Virus record (IMG/VR): IMGVR_UViG_2531839239_000026
Length of the DNA: 9,175 nt
Reading direction: 5' to 3' (one strand)
Origin: a virus
Lineage: Duplodnaviria; Heunggongvirae; Uroviricota; Caudoviricetes
The notes beneath the pieces are model-generated. The model was given only the letters and a program-made list of their open reading frames with translations, made no database searches and had not been told where the DNA came from. The translations under genes and the position numbers were made by a program. Positions 8,230 through 9,175 of this stretch are shown piece by piece; positions within the stretch are counted from its first letter, which is position 1; the number at the start of each line of letters is the position of its first letter.

Positions 8230-8631
8230 TCACGCCCGGCGGCTTTTTTGTGCCGCCAGCCACCTAGCAATGGTTTCTTCCATTGATTTTTTCTTGTCTT
8301 TGATTTCTTGAAGCATTTTTTCTTGGTCTTCCTCAGGAAACGCACTAAAAGCTTGGAGCAGTTCGCGTTGGCGAGGACCAATTTTCATCGTGTCAGGGGT
8401 GAAAATTTGCTCACACTCTTCAGGAGGCAATAAAAACCAATGCAATGGATGCCCTGAAACCTCAACCAGTTTATCCAAACTTGAGGCTTTAGGTGTAGCC
8501 TTACCGCTGACCCATTGTTGAACAGTTTGTTGTGTCACACCAATTCTACGGGCAAGCTCAGCCTGGCTCCATCCAGTTTCCTGAAGAAGCTTGCTGATTC
8601 TGTACATAGATACTTCTAGGGCGCTCATCAT
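8230..8631 (-). CDS. cI-like / PaaR-like HTH (XRE-family) repressor, 133 aa
   Basis: Track ORF 8230..8631 (-). HTH region ...SQAELARRIGVTQQTVQQWVSGKATPK... No LexA/S24-type peptidase C-terminal domain is apparent. Divergent from the Cro-like gene across the dyad-containing intergenic region. No SD precedes the ATG. Confidence 0.75.
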   Translation of the reverse strand: MMSALEVSMYRISKLLQETGWSQAELARRIGVTQQTVQQWVSGKATPKASSLDKLVEVSGHPLHWFLLPPEECEQIFTPDTMKIGPRQRELLQAFSAFPEEDQEKMLQEIKDKKKSMEETIARWLAAQKSRRA

Positions 8632-8667
8632 TATTCAATTTTACAGGTAAATACTGTTAAAAGCATC

Positions 8668-8706
8668 ACAATAAAAAACTGTTGATTGCATACAGTTTTT
8701 TATTGT
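8668..8706. promoter_or_regulatory. OR-like operator dyad between the divergent repressor and cro-like genes
   Basis: Perfect 15-bp inverted repeat: ACAATAAAAAACTGT at 8668-8682 and ACAGTTTTTTATTGT at 8692-8706, separated by TGATTGCAT. The spacer carries rightward -35-like TTGATT/TTGCAT hexamers. The left arm is the same 16-mer as 7633-7648. Confidence 0.5.
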
Positions 8707-8739
8707 AGGCTTTGCTTATAGTTTTTAGAGGAGGGCAAA

Positions 8740-9012
8740 ATGCTAGATAGCACTCGCGAAAAAATTAGGCAGAAATACACTCAGGCTGAAATAGGTCGTT
8801 ATATGGGGGTCGCTCAACAGACTGTTTGGCAATGGTTTAGCTTTGGCGTTCCCCCAAAGCAGGTAATTCCGTTATGCCAACTAATGAAGTGGGAAGTTAC
8901 CCCGCATGAAATCCGCCCAGATATTTATCCTAACCCAACCGACGGTTTACCTGTTGGATGTAAGGTTAACACATCAAATGCGCCGGAGTTGATTCATGAA
9001 AATCAAGCATGA
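8740..9012 (+). CDS. ydaS: Cro-like HTH regulator (YdaS family), 90 aa
   Basis: Track ORF 8740..9012 (+), MLDSTREKIRQKYTQAEIGRYMGVAQQTVWQWF... HTH-like region, GGAGG SD with a 4-nt spacer. Sits in the cro position, divergent from the repressor. Confidence 0.7.
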   Translation: MLDSTREKIRQKYTQAEIGRYMGVAQQTVWQWFSFGVPPKQVIPLCQLMKWEVTPHEIRPDIYPNPTDGLPVGCKVNTSNAPELIHENQA

Positions 9013-9175
9013 ACACATCCGCATGGCGATGAATGCCTGGGCGCATCCGGACGGCGAAAAAGTACCGGCTGCGAAAATTACCAAAGCGTATTTCGAGCTG
9101 GGAATGACGTTCCCGGAACTGTATGACGACAGCCATCCGGAAGCCATGGCTCGCAATACTCAGAAAATTTTCCGT
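8996..9175 (+). CDS. ydaT: YdaT-like protein, N-terminal 60 codons (runs off the window end)
   Basis: ATG at 8996 preceded by GGAG with a 7-nt spacer. Translation MKIKHEHIRMAMNAWAHPDGEKVPAAKITKAYFELGMTFPELYDDSHPEAMARNTQKIFR stays open to the window end. Overlaps the ydaS 3' end by 17 nt. Confidence 0.65.
   Translation, partial: MKIKHEHIRMAMNAWAHPDGEKVPAAKITKAYFELGMTFPELYDDSHPEAMARNTQKIFR

Larger units (their letters stand above)
1..9175. mobile_element. Rac-like lambdoid prophage segment (integrase through immunity region), partial
   Basis: Gene order int-xis-ydaC-ralR-recT-recE-racC-ydaE-kilR-sieB-ydaF-ydaG-repressor-cro-like matches the Rac prophage layout as I recall it. Integrase stop codon is at 1-3, so the attachment site is outside the window. 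Confidence 0.8.

Noticed and set aside
8178-8381. Track ORF, 67 aa, minus strand, overlapping the repressor 3' end and paaA start
   Set aside because: Alternative frame across a gene junction, highly basic and low-complexity. A 6-bp GC hairpin at 8238-8257 lies inside the repressor coding end with no U-tract, so it is not called a terminator.
8974-9156. Track ORF, 60 aa, minus strand
   Set aside because: Antisense to the ydaT-like gene, which has a clear RBS and a recognisable N-terminus.
1-9175. CRISPR arrays, tRNA or rRNA genes, IS elements, attL
   Set aside because: No short direct repeats with regular spacers, no cloverleaf-like segments, and no transposase or terminal inverted repeats were seen. 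The integrase stop is at positions 1-3, so the attachment site lies outside the window.

Overview
This window reads as the left arm and immunity region of a Rac-like lambdoid prophage of Escherichia coli. Almost everything is on the minus strand, running right to left: a cI-like HTH repressor co-operonic with a ParE-family toxin/antitoxin pair, then ydaG, ydaF, kilR, ydaE, racC, recE, recT, ralR, ydaC, an excisionase and the integrase, whose stop codon is at positions 1-3 so attL lies outside the window. The plus strand carries sieB and, at the right edge, a Cro-like ydaS and the start of ydaT. The most interesting region is 7630-8740: the repressor-antitoxin-toxin operon sits where lambda carries cI-rexAB, and it is bracketed by two near-identical ~40-bp dyad elements that look like OL and OR operators. 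The ralR frame also carries an in-frame TGA. All protein identifications are from recall of the translated sequences and gene order, not from a database search. No tRNA, rRNA, CRISPR array or IS element was found.
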